DNA of 41,587 nucleotides from a virus (Duplodnaviria; Heunggongvirae; Uroviricota; Caudoviricetes): IMG/VR virus record IMGVR_UViG_2541047938_000008, positions 1 to 41,587 of that record; one strand, 5' to 3'. Shown piece by piece: positions 1 to 10,743 of this stretch (position 1 is its first letter; each line of letters starts with the position of its first letter). The notes under the pieces were generated by a model. It saw only the letters and a program-made list of their open reading frames with translations, ran no database searches and was not told where the DNA came from. The position numbers and the translations under genes were made by a program.

Positions 1-933
1 ATGGACAACGACAAAATTGATCAACACAGCGACGAAATTGAAGTTGAGAGCGAAGAAAAAGAGCGCGGCAAAAAAATAGAAATAGATGAAGACCGACTCC
101 CCTCCCGGGCGATGGCAATTCATGAGCATATCCGCCAGGATGGTGAAAAAGAGCTGGAACGCGACGCAATGGCGCTACTGTGGTCAGCCATTGCGGCGGG
201 TCTGTCGATGGGCGCTTCGTTACTGGCAAAAGGGATATTTCAAGTCGAACTGGAAGGTGTGCCGGGCAGCTTCTTGCTGGAGAATCTCGGTTATACCTTT
301 GGTTTTATTATCGTCATTATGGCCCGCCAGCAATTATTTACCGAAAATACCGTGACTGCGGTACTACCCGTCATGCAAAAACCGACAATGAGCAACGTCG
401 GCTTACTTATACGGTTATGGGGCGTCGTGCTGCTGGGTAATATTCTCGGGACAGGTATTGCGGCGTGGGCATTTGAATATATGCCTATCTTCAATGAAGA
501 AACTCGCGATGCATTTGTCAAAATCGGCATGGATGTGATGAAGAACACCCCCAGCGAGATGTTTGCCAACGCGATCATTTCCGGCTGGCTGATCGCCACT
601 ATGGTTTGGATGTTTCCTGCAGCGGGTGCGGCAAAGATTGTGGTGATTATATTGATGACCTGGCTTATTGCCCTGGGTGACACCACCCATATCGTGGTCG
701 GTTCTGTTGAAATCCTCTATCTGGTGTTTAACGGTACGCTGCACTGGAGCGATTTCATCTGGCCCTTCGCACTACCTACTTTAGCGGGGAACATCTGCGG
801 CGGCACCTTTATCTTCGCGTTAATGAGTCATGCACAGATTCGTAACGACATGAGCAATAAGCGTAAAGCAGAAGCACGCCAAAAAGCAGAACGTGCGGAA
901 AACATTAAGAAAAATTATAAAAACCCGGCATAA
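1..933 (+). CDS. yfdC: Inner membrane protein YfdC (formate/nitrite transporter family), host gene flanking the prophage
   Basis: 310-aa ORF with several hydrophobic helices, recognised as E. coli YfdC, the chromosomal neighbour of argW. Confidence 0.85.
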   Translation: MDNDKIDQHSDEIEVESEEKERGKKIEIDEDRLPSRAMAIHEHIRQDGEKELERDAMALLWSAIAAGLSMGASLLAKGIFQVELEGVPGSFLLENLGYTFGFIIVIMARQQLFTENTVTAVLPVMQKPTMSNVGLLIRLWGVVLLGNILGTGIAAWAFEYMPIFNEETRDAFVKIGMDVMKNTPSEMFANAIISGWLIATMVWMFPAAGAAKIVVIILMTWLIALGDTTHIVVGSVEILYLVFNGTLHWSDFIWPFALPTLAGNICGGTFIFALMSHAQIRNDMSNKRKAEARQKAERAENIKKNYKNPA

Positions 934-1008
934 ATGGCGAGGGTTTAAGCAATCGAGCGGCAGCGTACTTACCCCGCACTCCATTAGCGGGTATACTCAT
1001 GCCGCATT

Positions 1009-1083
1009 GTCCTCTTAGTTAAATGGATATAACGAGCCCCTCCTAAGGGCTAATTGCAGGTTCGATTCCTGCAGGGGACACCA
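1009..1083 (+). tRNA. argW: tRNA-Arg (anticodon CCU)
   Basis: 75-nt cloverleaf: anticodon loop CTCCTAA, T-arm GCAGGTTCGATTCCTGC, encoded CCA end. Confidence 0.9.
1054..1069. repeat. attL core-type identity segment (TTGCAGGTTCGATTCC) inside the argW T-arm
   Basis: Exact 16-bp copy recurs at 41352-41367; integrase gene immediately downstream. Confidence 0.6.
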
Positions 1084-1244
1084 TTTATCAGTTCGCCTCC
1101 ATCCGTACCAGTCCGCAAAATCCCCTGAATATCAAGCCTTCCGTAGATTCACAGTTCGTCATGGTTCGCGTCAGATCGTTGACAGCCGCACTCCATGACG
1201 GGTAAAAAGTGGATAAAATAATTTTACCCACCGGATTTTTACCC
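1084..1244 (+). promoter_or_regulatory. attL arm region overlapping the intS promoter
   Basis: Between tRNA 3' end and intS start; repeated CAGTTCG and CCNTCCGTA motifs and a copy of CCGCACTCCAT; by analogy with KplE1 attL. Confidence 0.4.
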
Positions 1245-2402
1245 ATGCTCACCGTTAAGCAGATTGAAGCAGCAAAGCCGAAAGAAAAACCATACCGCCT
1301 TCTCGATGGTAATGGCCTGTACCTTTATGTCCCTGTATCAGGGAAAAAGGTATGGCAGCTTCGCTACAAGATTGACGGTAAGGAGAAAATCCTGACCATC
1401 GGAAAATATCCGCTTATGACTTTGCAGGAAGCAAGGGATAAGGCATGGACTGCGAGGAAAGACATCTCGGTTGGCATCGATCCGGTAAAAGCGAAAAAGG
1501 CTTCGTCTAACAACAATTCCTTTAGTGCAATTTACAAGGAATGGTACGAACACAAGAAGCAAGTCTGGTCAGTAGGGTATGCGACTGAACTTGCAAAAAT
1601 GTTTGATGACGACATTTTACCCATCATCGGCGGTCTTGAGATTCAGGATATTGAGCCGATGCAACTGCTGGAAGTAATCCGCAGATTTGAAGATCGCGGT
1701 GCAATGGAACGAGCCAACAAAGCACGCAGAAGATGCGGAGAGGTTTTCCGTTACGCTATTGTCACCGGAAGGGCTAAATATAACCCGGCACCTGACCTTG
1801 CTGACGCCATGAAGGGATACCGCAAGAAGAACTTCCCGTTTCTTCCTGCAGACCAGATCCCGGCATTCAACAAAGCACTGGCAACATTTTCAGGAAGTAT
1901 CGTATCGCTCATTGCGACCAAAGTTTTACGCTACACAGCCCTAAGAACGAAAGAGCTTCGTTCCATGCAATGGAAGAACGTCGATTTTGAAAACAGGATT
2001 ATCACTATCGACGCCAGTGTGATGAAGGGACGCAAAATTCATGTGGTTCCTATGTCAGACCAGGTGGTTGAACTTCTCACTACGCTAAGCTCTATCACCA
2101 AACCAGTATCAGAGTTTGTTTTTGCCGGCCGCAACGATAAGAAAAAGCCAATCTGCGAGAACGCGGTATTGCTTGTGATCAAACAAATCGGCTATGAGGG
2201 TCTGGAAAGCGGTCACGGATTCAGGCATGAATTCAGCACGATTATGAACGAGCACGAATGGCCTGCTGATGCTATTGAAGTGCAACTGGCACATGCCAAC
2301 GGCGGATCTGTGCGCGGAATTTACAACCATGCTCAGTATCTCGATAAGCGCAGAGAAATGATGCAGTGGTGGGCGGACTGGATTGATGAGAAAGTATCCT
2401 GA
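1245..2402 (+). CDS. intS: Tyrosine integrase, KplE1/CPS-53 IntS type
   Basis: Protein from MLTVKQIEAAKPK matches E. coli IntS; ORF track begins at an upstream GTG (1209); adjacent to argW. Confidence 0.9.
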   Translation: MLTVKQIEAAKPKEKPYRLLDGNGLYLYVPVSGKKVWQLRYKIDGKEKILTIGKYPLMTLQEARDKAWTARKDISVGIDPVKAKKASSNNNSFSAIYKEWYEHKKQVWSVGYATELAKMFDDDILPIIGGLEIQDIEPMQLLEVIRRFEDRGAMERANKARRRCGEVFRYAIVTGRAKYNPAPDLADAMKGYRKKNFPFLPADQIPAFNKALATFSGSIVSLIATKVLRYTALRTKELRSMQWKNVDFENRIITIDASVMKGRKIHVVPMSDQVVELLTTLSSITKPVSEFVFAGRNDKKKPICENAVLLVIKQIGYEGLESGHGFRHEFSTIMNEHEWPADAIEVQLAHANGGSVRGIYNHAQYLDKRREMMQWWADWIDEKVS

Positions 2403-2783
2403 TTATATCGCCGGGTTATCGTCATCGGTGGCCCGGTTAATCAGGTGCGTCAAAATCCCCTTCACATCCACCTCATTAAGAACCTCACCTTCCAGAACTT
2501 CACCATCTACCGTTATCAGCGCATCACCTCTGCGCCTGGCAAAGTGACAGCCACCTGAGTACGAAATCAGGTAGGTGCTATCTGGTGATGGCTTCATTCC
2601 CTTTTCTATCACAGCAAACCCATGCGATGTCTCAATCACCAGGCTGTTAGCCGTGACGCCGCAGATAGTCTCTATGGTTAGCGTGCGTTCAATGTAGTCT
2701 TTAGCTGGACTTGGGAATCCCATGATGACCTCCGATAGATGCTGTATATTAATACAGTAATACCGATCGGCGTTGTCGATCAA
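2403..2783 (-). CDS. UmuD-like (LexA/UmuD S24 family) protein, apparently degenerate
   Basis: GFPSPAKDYIE motif as in the UmuD N-terminal tail; GDALITVDGEV and DVKGILTHL align to the UmuD C-terminus; nucleophile position reads SGGCH instead of SGDSM; no Lys at the general-base position. Confidence 0.4.
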   Translation of the reverse strand: MIDNADRYYCINIQHLSEVIMGFPSPAKDYIERTLTIETICGVTANSLVIETSHGFAVIEKGMKPSPDSTYLISYSGGCHFARRRGDALITVDGEVLEGEVLNEVDVKGILTHLINRATDDDNPAI

Positions 2784-2835
2784 GTTGTCTGTTGGTGCTA
2801 AACTTCTGCCTTCTCAGAATTGACTGATTTTTCTA

Positions 2836-3198
2836 ATGTTAAAACTTTTTGCTAAGTACACATCGATAGGCGTACTCAACACGCTCATCCATTGGGTTGT
2901 GTTTGGTGTTTGCGTGTATGGACTATCAACAAGCCAGGCATTGGCGAACTTTGCAGGGTTCGTCGTAGCCGTCAGCTTTAGTTTCTACGCTAATGCTCGT
3001 TTCACTTTTAAAGCATCCACTTCCACGCTGCGTTACATGCTTTACGTTGGGTTTATGGGAACGCTGAGTGCTGCTGTAGGTTGGGCTGCTGACAGGTGTG
3101 GCTTACCACCAATCGTCACACTGGTGGCTTTCTCAGCCATTAGTCTCGTATGTGGATTTTTCTATTCTAAGTTCATTGTCTTTAGGGAAGCGAAATGA
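2836..3198 (+). CDS. gtrA: GtrA, bactoprenol-linked glucose flippase
   Basis: 120-aa four-helix membrane protein, first gene of a gtrA-gtrB-gtrS set overlapping by 4 nt. Confidence 0.85.
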   Translation: MLKLFAKYTSIGVLNTLIHWVVFGVCVYGLSTSQALANFAGFVVAVSFSFYANARFTFKASTSTLRYMLYVGFMGTLSAAVGWAADRCGLPPIVTLVAFSAISLVCGFFYSKFIVFREAK

Positions 3199-4112
3199 AA
3201 ATTTCTCTGGTCGTTCCGGTCTTCAATGAAGAGTCCACGATACCGATTTTCTATAAAACGGTGCGAGAGTTCGAGGGGCTAAAGCAATACGATGTTGAAA
3301 TCGTGTTCATTAATGACGGAAGCAAAGACGCGACAGAATCAATTATTAATGCGCTTGCTGTTTCTGACTCGTTAGTTACTCCTCTATCATTCACCAGGAA
3401 CTTTGGCAAAGAACCTGCGTTGTTTGCGGGACTTGAGCATGCTACTGGCGACGCTGTAATTCCGATTGATGTTGACCTTCAGGATCCGATTGAGGTCATC
3501 CCTCACCTAATTGCAAAGTGGCAGGCAGGGGCCGACATGGTTCTTGCCAAACGTTCAGATCGCTCTACTGATAGCAGACTTAAGCGCAAGTCTGCTGAAT
3601 GGTTCTATAAGCTGCACAATAAGATTAGCTCTCCAAAAATTGAAGAGAACGTTGGTGATTTTCGTCTGATGTCGCGTGAAGTTGTCGAGAACATAAAAAA
3701 ATTGCCAGAGCGCAATCTTTTTATGAAGGGAGTCCTTAGCTGGGTTGGTGGAAAAACTGACGTAGTTGAGTACGTACGTGCAGAACGTGTTGCTGGTGAT
3801 TCAAAATTCAACGGGTGGAAGCTTTGGAATCTGGCACTTGAGGGGATTACTAGCTTTTCGACGTTCCCGTTAAGAATGTGGACTTACATTGGTCTGTTTG
3901 TTGCCGGATTATCCTTCCTGTATGGCGCATGGATGATTTTAGATAAGATTCTTTTTGGCAACAGTGTTCCAGGCTACCCATCACTACTTGTGTCTATCCT
4001 GTTCCTTGGGGGCATACAACTTATAGGTATAGGCGTTTTGGGTGAGTATATTGGTAGGATATATATTGAAAGTAAAGGTCGGCCTAAATATATCCTTAGA
4101 GGGAAAAAATGA
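3195..4112 (+). CDS. gtrB: GtrB, bactoprenol glucosyltransferase (GT2 family)
   Basis: 305 aa, N-terminal GT2 domain (VVPVFNEE, DxD region) and C-terminal TM helices. Confidence 0.9.
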   Translation: MKISLVVPVFNEESTIPIFYKTVREFEGLKQYDVEIVFINDGSKDATESIINALAVSDSLVTPLSFTRNFGKEPALFAGLEHATGDAVIPIDVDLQDPIEVIPHLIAKWQAGADMVLAKRSDRSTDSRLKRKSAEWFYKLHNKISSPKIEENVGDFRLMSREVVENIKKLPERNLFMKGVLSWVGGKTDVVEYVRAERVAGDSKFNGWKLWNLALEGITSFSTFPLRMWTYIGLFVAGLSFLYGAWMILDKILFGNSVPGYPSLLVSILFLGGIQLIGIGVLGEYIGRIYIESKGRPKYILRGKK

Positions 4113-5530
4113 AAGTTGATAAATTGCGCTTTAGTAATAGATTAATATATATAGCTATTCTTTATGTTTTACCTTTAATACTGGCAAATGTATTATATAT
4201 TGACGACATGGGAAGAGCGCTGTATGGGTATGGGTGGGAGGTAGATGGTAGACTCTTCGCATCTTATTTAATGCAGGCGCTATCATTTGGTGGTGCAATA
4301 GTTCCTATGTTCCCATATTCAGTAACTGCTGCTGCATTGATAGTATTCCTTGCAGGTGTAATTGTTTCTAATATCATTATTAAAGAATACTCTTTAACAC
4401 TCAATGTATGCTGCCTTTTATTGCTGACATCTCCGTTTTATTTGGAGAACCTTTCATATAGATATGATGCAATACCAATGGCGGCATCTATTCTTCTAGC
4501 TGTCATTCCATTCTTGGTGAATGGTATGGTTTTATTTTCATTACTCTCAGTTATATCTCTCTTCATTGTATTTGGATTGTACCAGACGTCTACCATGGTG
4601 TATTTCGCAATGTTTATTTGTATATCATTCAGAGATGTAAAGGAATGTGGTTTAAAATATGTAATCAAGTTCGCAATAATATGCACGCTATCATTTATTG
4701 TTTCATATATGCTTTATTCCTTATGGGTTAGATTAATGGGGTTAAGCATGCCCAGAGGGGAGCTAATACACTTTAACGGAGATACGTTTAATTCTATATT
4801 GACTAGAATAAAGGCATACTCTCAGATCTACTCATACCTTTTTTCTCGAGAGTACATTATAGCTATACTTCCTATAACGGCAGCAGTGCTATGGTCCTTT
4901 TTTAAGCATCTTAAGGATGATCTACGTAGAGGTATAATATATACAATTGCGCTAGCGGCATCTGTTTCCTTAATTACAATCCTTACAACAATGCCTAATC
5001 TTTTATTAAAAGATCCATGGTATACTCCTAGAACATTTGTATGTTACCCATTTATTTTAATTGCTATTTCTATTTATTGCCTCAAGGCTGTGAGTGATAT
5101 ATTTTTAGGTATTTCATTGAGTGTTATTGTTTTTTTCTCTTTCGTGCTATCAAGCTCATATGGTAGCGTTTTAAAGGTCAATAATGATTATGATAACTTC
5201 TTAGCACAATCTATATCTGAAAAAATAATGAAGGATAGCAATCGTGGGGAGTATACTGTTGTAATTATGGGTAAGCAGAGTAGACCTATTCTAAGCAGCA
5301 TGTTTTATGATAAATTTCCTATACTTGTTAAATTAGCTCCATTATATATGTCTGAAGGCTGGTATTGGGGGGTAAAAGATCTATCGCGTTTTCTAAACAT
5401 AAGATCTTCAAGCGATGCTCAAAAAGTCATAAAGAGCGCATGCGATTTTGACGAGATATACAAATCATCAATATATAACTTATATCATAGAAATGATGTA
5501 TATATAGTTGACTTTGAGAAAAAATGCTAA
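4109..5530 (+). CDS. Serotype-specific O-antigen glucosyltransferase (GtrC/GtrS type)
   Basis: 473-aa polytopic membrane protein, markedly AT-rich, third gene of the gtr operon. Confidence 0.8.
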   Translation: MKVDKLRFSNRLIYIAILYVLPLILANVLYIDDMGRALYGYGWEVDGRLFASYLMQALSFGGAIVPMFPYSVTAAALIVFLAGVIVSNIIIKEYSLTLNVCCLLLLTSPFYLENLSYRYDAIPMAASILLAVIPFLVNGMVLFSLLSVISLFIVFGLYQTSTMVYFAMFICISFRDVKECGLKYVIKFAIICTLSFIVSYMLYSLWVRLMGLSMPRGELIHFNGDTFNSILTRIKAYSQIYSYLFSREYIIAILPITAAVLWSFFKHLKDDLRRGIIYTIALAASVSLITILTTMPNLLLKDPWYTPRTFVCYPFILIAISIYCLKAVSDIFLGISLSVIVFFSFVLSSSYGSVLKVNNDYDNFLAQSISEKIMKDSNRGEYTVVIMGKQSRPILSSMFYDKFPILVKLAPLYMSEGWYWGVKDLSRFLNIRSSSDAQKVIKSACDFDEIYKSSIYNLYHRNDVYIVDFEKKC

Positions 5531-5550
5531 TTTAATGCAATAGGCGCCAA

Positions 5551-5572
5551 TCTGGCGCCTACTTGATTTATG
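5551..5572. terminator. Bidirectional hairpin between convergent gtrS and tailspike
   Basis: AGGCGCCAATCTGGCGCCT stem-loop between two convergent stop codons. Confidence 0.5.
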
Positions 5573-7499
5573 TTGATGGAGTTGCACTTGCAATTAGTAT
5601 TTCACCACCTGAAAATGCCGTCAGCCCTGTTATTTCACTGGATAACAAAGCTTTAAACATATTAGAATCCTGCCCAAAGACAACACCTGAAAAAAAGGTT
5701 CCTAGATTTCTATACCCTCCAGCAACAGGCATGCGACATAAAATATAGTTAGTTCCGTTGTATGTTCCTGTAAACCATCCGTCATAATCAGTTAAAGCTT
5801 GTGATGAACAATGTGCAGCCTTGACGAGTTTGGCCCTAGGGGTTATATCACTACCAACAACATTGAAGTCATAAGCCCCAGCGATTGAATTCATCCCAGT
5901 GCCACTTCGTAAAGTGTAAACCGTTCCTATGCATCCACGAGAACCATAATATCCTCCCATGATACGATAATAGGGACCAGCAGATTGATCAGGGTTAGGA
6001 AGTGACAGATCTCTTATAACCGTAGTTCCGAAGTTGGGTATTGTTGCCGTCCCGCCATCATATCCAATGTTAGAAAACGTTGAGGTTACTGTGTCATATA
6101 TATTTTTTTGCGGCCATGCATTTTCCGACTTGTTGCTATAAATAATGTCTAGCTTCGCACCTGTTAAAGTTTTTGACCTGGCCCCATTAAAAACAACATC
6201 AGAACTTCCTACAAACTCATTTATCGTAATCTTTGCATAACCAGTAAGATCAAAGAAATATGATCCTGCAACCTGTGTTTGTGTGTATATATGCACTACA
6301 CCAATAGATAAATTCGCGCCCACACCTTTAATCAACGTTCCATTGTTAGCCCTGTCAGGCTGCTCACATCCTAGTGATGAAGCGCTATATGAACCTGCGT
6401 TAAATATGTATGGAGTTCCTGAGCAATCATCAGATGCCAACGGACCTAGTTCTACATATGATCCTGAAAGCTCGAATGAACAATAATTAGAATAAAATAC
6501 ACTGCAGTTTTTAATGCAATAGCTTGTCCCACCATTTACATGCACACCTCCGTATATTCCTACACTATGCAAGCCTTGAATAACCAAATTTGACAACATC
6601 ACCCCTACAAAAGCGTTACCGCCAAAATAAACACCCCACTTAGTCGCTGTTATAAACACATCATCCAATTGTTGTCTAGTTGCAGTATTTGGCGTGTAAT
6701 ATCCATAGCTTTCCGCTGTCTCATCTATTATGGTAATGCCTTTTAAATGTATATTCCTCTTGCCTTTTGCATAAAATACTGCATTCACATCTTGAGAGCT
6801 AACAGCCTCTTTTTTAATTATTGTGTAGCTACCCTCTCCTTTAAACTTACTGCCATCTGGCATATAGTATTTATCACCATAAATGTCCTCAGCATCATAT
6901 AAAAGAATGCTATCTGTTATAGTGTATTCACCCGCAGGGACATAAACCACTTTACCCTGCTGGGCCGATACAAGCGATGCTCTATTAAAAGCGAGAGTCC
7001 AATCAGGGTCTGAATCTAGTTTAAAGTCAAGAACAGAAATAGTTTCAGAGTTTTTCTGGTGCTGAGTTCGATTTACGGATCCGCTATATGGCTGTTGTAC
7101 GGCTATCTTCGCATCATTAACAATAGTAGGACCATAGTCTTGCCCCAACTCTGATCTTAGTTGGTCTGGGTCATATTTTAGAACATTGCCAATGTAGTCA
7201 ACTTGTGTTCCGTATGCATCGTAGATAGCCATGCTATGGCCCTCTACAGTAACTATCTTAACCAACTGACCGTTATATACTATCTTTCCGGCAGCATTGA
7301 TAACCAGCGGCTGGGATGTTTGCACATGGGAACCATCTTCGTTCTCGATGTATACAGGTATCTGATTGGCAGGGTTAACCGGGTCTGTATCGATTTGACC
7401 GATGTAGATTCTACCATTCGGCAATGCTTTGAAAGTACGTGAATCTGTGAATATTGGTCTTGGGTTGGTGACAACAACGTTTGGTACGATATCGGCCAT
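5568..7499 (-). CDS. Tailspike protein (P22 gp9-like head-binding domain, divergent receptor-binding domain)
   Basis: N-terminal ~115 aa ([15 protein letters not shown]...[27 protein letters not shown]) match the P22 tailspike head-binding domain; remainder AT-rich and different. Confidence 0.85.
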   Translation of the reverse strand: MADIVPNVVVTNPRPIFTDSRTFKALPNGRIYIGQIDTDPVNPANQIPVYIENEDGSHVQTSQPLVINAAGKIVYNGQLVKIVTVEGHSMAIYDAYGTQVDYIGNVLKYDPDQLRSELGQDYGPTIVNDAKIAVQQPYSGSVNRTQHQKNSETISVLDFKLDSDPDWTLAFNRASLVSAQQGKVVYVPAGEYTITDSILLYDAEDIYGDKYYMPDGSKFKGEGSYTIIKKEAVSSQDVNAVFYAKGKRNIHLKGITIIDETAESYGYYTPNTATRQQLDDVFITATKWGVYFGGNAFVGVMLSNLVIQGLHSVGIYGGVHVNGGTSYCIKNCSVFYSNYCSFELSGSYVELGPLASDDCSGTPYIFNAGSYSASSLGCEQPDRANNGTLIKGVGANLSIGVVHIYTQTQVAGSYFFDLTGYAKITINEFVGSSDVVFNGARSKTLTGAKLDIIYSNKSENAWPQKNIYDTVTSTFSNIGYDGGTATIPNFGTTVIRDLSLPNPDQSAGPYYRIMGGYYGSRGCIGTVYTLRSGTGMNSIAGAYDFNVVGSDITPRAKLVKAAHCSSQALTDYDGWFTGTYNGTNYILCRMPVAGGYRNLGTFFSGVVFGQDSNMFKALLSSEITGLTAFSGGEILIASATPST

Positions 7500-7654
7500 T
7501 TACTATGCTCCAGGCGCAGCAATGCCGCACAAGATAAACTTGCGCAGCTTTGCTTTATGGTTCGGTTATAATTAGTTAAAAGTGCGGAGGTGTTATGGAC
7601 AGAGATTTATTGAACTTAGCGTTCCTGATTTTTGGAATTTGCGTTGGTGTCGCG

Positions 7655-8203
7655 TTATTCGCTTAACACCTCAGATTTAGCGCCCTGAGCAGCAGAGTTA
7701 ACAACACGCTCAGCTTGAGACATTGCTTTCTCGAAAGCAGTAGAGCCGCGCGGAGTGTTAGCCAGTCGCAGCATTGCGTTGCGTACCGGTTCGCTCTCAT
7801 ACATTCTCGCCAGCAATCCATACCCGCCGCCGACGCCAACTAGTGCAGGGTTAGTTACCGTTCCGATACCGAGAATAAATGGAATGGTCTGCTGACCTGT
7901 TGGCGTGGTTACCCCCGCCTGCCCTGCTCGCTTCGTGGATTCCAGGTAATTCTTCAGCCCCTTCAGATATGCAGCATCACGACCTTTAAACGCAATCCCT
8001 GTCTGGTTAGACATCATGTTAACCTGTCGCAGGAACTGGTCAGGTGACCCACCAGACTTCTCCATAGCCTTCCCGATAATGCCGTTACGCATCTGCGCGC
8101 GTCCGGTCTGACCAACTGAGCGGTACAGGTTTTGAACTTCCGACTTGTTCTTGCTAAACAGCATGTTGTTAACCACTTCTGGCGTCAGGTTGCGTATTTT
8201 CAT
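7655..8203 (-). CDS. Hypothetical protein in the slot between ejection genes and tailspike
   Basis: 182-aa ORF; no recognisable motif; no Shine-Dalgarno upstream; start abuts the IS end. Confidence 0.5.
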   Translation of the reverse strand: MKIRNLTPEVVNNMLFSKNKSEVQNLYRSVGQTGRAQMRNGIIGKAMEKSGGSPDQFLRQVNMMSNQTGIAFKGRDAAYLKGLKNYLESTKRAGQAGVTTPTGQQTIPFILGIGTVTNPALVGVGGGYGLLARMYESEPVRNAMLRLANTPRGSTAFEKAMSQAERVVNSAAQGAKSEVLSE

Positions 8204-8383
8204 GAAAGGAGATCACTCAATAACTTCCATCGAGATCGGGTAATAACATTTGAACAGATCGCTGAATAACATCGATGGAGATCACTTTTGACTCATTTTG
8301 TTATTCAGTGATCTCCATCAATGTTATTGGAACTTCACAGGTGTGTTGATCTGTATCTTTTGCCATTCCGGTAAAGGATACCT

Positions 8384-9925
8384 ATGCCAACAGTTCCAAT
8401 TTCTATGAGAAAACTTAAAGAAATTCTTAGGCTTAAATACGGTGTTGGACTCAGCCATCGACAAATTGGTCGTAGTCTTGCAATCTCCCCTTCCGTTGTA
8501 TCCAGATATGCTAATCGGGCGGCTCAACTTGGCATAAAGCAGTGGCCCTTACCTACAGGATGGGATGATACAAAACTAAAACATGCGTTCCTTCAGACCC
8601 AGGTTAAGATGAAGAAGCACTCTCTGCCTGACTGGGCTACAGTACACCGGGAACTGCGTAATAAATGCGTGACGCTGCAGCTACTCTGGGAAGAATACTG
8701 TGAGCGTAATCCAGGCGGTTTTTACAGCTATAACCATTACTGCCGGATGTACCGTGAATGGCTCAAAACCACTTCACCATCAATGCGTCAGGTACATAAA
8801 GCTGGCGAAAAACTTTTCGTTGATTACTGTGGACCTACCGTTGGCGTTACCGACCCTGAGACCGGAGAAATAAGAACTGCTCAGGTCATCGTAGCTGTTC
8901 TCGGGGCATCAAGTTACACATGGGCAGAGGCCACCTGGTCTCAGCAGCTTGAAGACTGGGTGATGAGTCATGTTCGCTGCTTCCAGTGGTTGGGTGGCGT
9001 TCCTGAACTTGTTGTTCCGGACAATCTGAAAAGCGCCACATCCAGGGCATGTAAGTATGATCCTGACGTTAACCCTACCTACCAGCAGATGCTTGAGCAT
9101 TATAATGTCGCAGTTTTGCCTGCGCGGCCACGTAAACCGAAAGATAAAGCCAAAGCTGAAGTTGGCGTTCAGGTTGTTGAACGCTGGATCATGGCCCGAA
9201 TCAGGCATGAGATCTTCTACAGCCTTGCATCGCTTAATCAGCGCATTCGGGAGTTGCTGGAAAGACTGAATAACAAAATAATGCAGAAGTTGGGTTATTC
9301 ACGTGCAGAACTCTTCATCCAGCTTGATAAACCCGCACTGAAGCCTCTTCCTGAAGCCAGTTACAGTTACACCCTGGTGAAGAAAGTCAGAGTTCATGCC
9401 GATTACCACGTGGAAATCGACAAACATTACTACTCGGTTCCATGTTCGCTGTTAGGCCAGCAACTGGAAGCATGGATCTCCGGAGAACTGGTAAGACTCT
9501 TCAATCAGGGGCAGGAGGTTGCTGTGCACCCGCGCAAGCGTACTTATGGCTACAGTACCCGCAACGAGCACATGCCTGAAGCTCATCGACAGCATGCCAC
9601 CTGGACGCCAGAGCGTCTTCTGGAATGGGCGGGGCACATAGGCAGTGAAACTCATAGTTATGTGCTTCATATACTGAACTCTCGTCCACATCCGGAACAA
9701 AGCTATCGCTTCTGCCTTGGACTCCTGAACCTTCATAAAAAATACAGTAAAGCCAGACTTAATGCAGCATGTGCAAGAGCTCTGAAAACAAAGGTATGGC
9801 GTCTGTCAGGTATTAAATCGATCCTGGAAAAAGGTCTGGATAAACAACCTGTTCAGGATCCAAAACCAGATCTGTTATCCACGATGGAACACGAAAACGT
9901 ACGCGGCAGTGAGTATTACCACTGA
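8384..9925 (+). CDS. istA: IS21-family transposase IstA
   Basis: 513 aa, N-terminal HTH and DDE-type catalytic region, followed by istB. Confidence 0.85.
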   Translation: MPTVPISMRKLKEILRLKYGVGLSHRQIGRSLAISPSVVSRYANRAAQLGIKQWPLPTGWDDTKLKHAFLQTQVKMKKHSLPDWATVHRELRNKCVTLQLLWEEYCERNPGGFYSYNHYCRMYREWLKTTSPSMRQVHKAGEKLFVDYCGPTVGVTDPETGEIRTAQVIVAVLGASSYTWAEATWSQQLEDWVMSHVRCFQWLGGVPELVVPDNLKSATSRACKYDPDVNPTYQQMLEHYNVAVLPARPRKPKDKAKAEVGVQVVERWIMARIRHEIFYSLASLNQRIRELLERLNNKIMQKLGYSRAELFIQLDKPALKPLPEASYSYTLVKKVRVHADYHVEIDKHYYSVPCSLLGQQLEAWISGELVRLFNQGQEVAVHPRKRTYGYSTRNEHMPEAHRQHATWTPERLLEWAGHIGSETHSYVLHILNSRPHPEQSYRFCLGLLNLHKKYSKARLNAACARALKTKVWRLSGIKSILEKGLDKQPVQDPKPDLLSTMEHENVRGSEYYH

Positions 9926-9936
9926 TACGGGATCCA

Positions 9937-10686
9937 ATGATGAATCATCTTTACGAACAACTGACCGCACTTAAACTCACCGGCTTCCGTGATGCGCTTA
10001 AAAAGCAACTTGCTCAGCCGGGCACATACCAGGAGCTGGGCTTCGAAGAACGCCTGTCATTACTGACAGCAGAAGAACTAACCTGCCGTGAAAACAGGAA
10101 GGCAGAGCGTCTGATCAAACATGCACGGTTCAGACTTAATGCTGAGTTATCAAAGCTGGATTATCGTAACAATAGAGGGCTGGACAGGGCCCTCATCCGT
10201 TCACTCAGTCAGGGAAACTGGTTAACCCTGAAACAAAATATTTTACTGACCGGGGCCACCGGCAGCGGTAAAACGTTCCTGGCATGTGCACTTGGTCATA
10301 ATGCCTGCCGACAGGGATACAAGGTCTACTATTATCGCCTTAAAGCGCTGATGGAACAGTGCTATCAGGGGCATGCTGATGGAAGATACAGCAAACTTTT
10401 GACCAGGCTGAATAATAGCGATCTGCTGCTTCTGGATGACTGGGGGCTGGAACCTCTCTCATCAGAACAGCGTAGCGACCTGCTGGAAATAGTGGATCTG
10501 ATGTACCAACGAGGCTCAATCATCGTAGTGAGCCAGTTGCCGGTGGAAAACTGGTACAAAATGATCGGAGACTCCACACATGCGGATGCCATCCTAGATC
10601 GACTGGTTCATGGCAGTATCAAGATCGAACTTAAAGGAGAATCAATGCGGAAAATACAATCTCCGTTGACCGAAGGAGATCAGTGA
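9937..10686 (+). CDS. istB: IS21-family ATP-binding helper IstB
   Basis: 249 aa, Walker A GATGSGKT and Walker B LLLLDDWG. Confidence 0.9.
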   Translation: MMNHLYEQLTALKLTGFRDALKKQLAQPGTYQELGFEERLSLLTAEELTCRENRKAERLIKHARFRLNAELSKLDYRNNRGLDRALIRSLSQGNWLTLKQNILLTGATGSGKTFLACALGHNACRQGYKVYYYRLKALMEQCYQGHADGRYSKLLTRLNNSDLLLLDDWGLEPLSSEQRSDLLEIVDLMYQRGSIIVVSQLPVENWYKMIGDSTHADAILDRLVHGSIKIELKGESMRKIQSPLTEGDQ

Positions 10687-10743
10687 AGGTAATTTAAAAA
10701 CGGTTCTGTGAAAGTGACACGAACCGATCTCCATCGATGTTAC

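Noticed and set aside
86-744. Alternative-frame and antisense ORFs inside yfdC
   Set aside because: They are fully contained in a conserved membrane-protein gene and have Arg/Cys/Trp-rich translations with no start context.
2403-2783. Reading the ORF next to intS as the excisionase
   Set aside because: It is on the opposite strand, has no Xis-type winged helix and carries UmuD-like motifs; the Xis-type gene is torI at the far end.
8324-8527. 67-aa minus-strand ORF at the left end of the IS
   Set aside because: It overlaps the IS terminal repeats and the istA start antisense; IS21-family elements encode only istA and istB.
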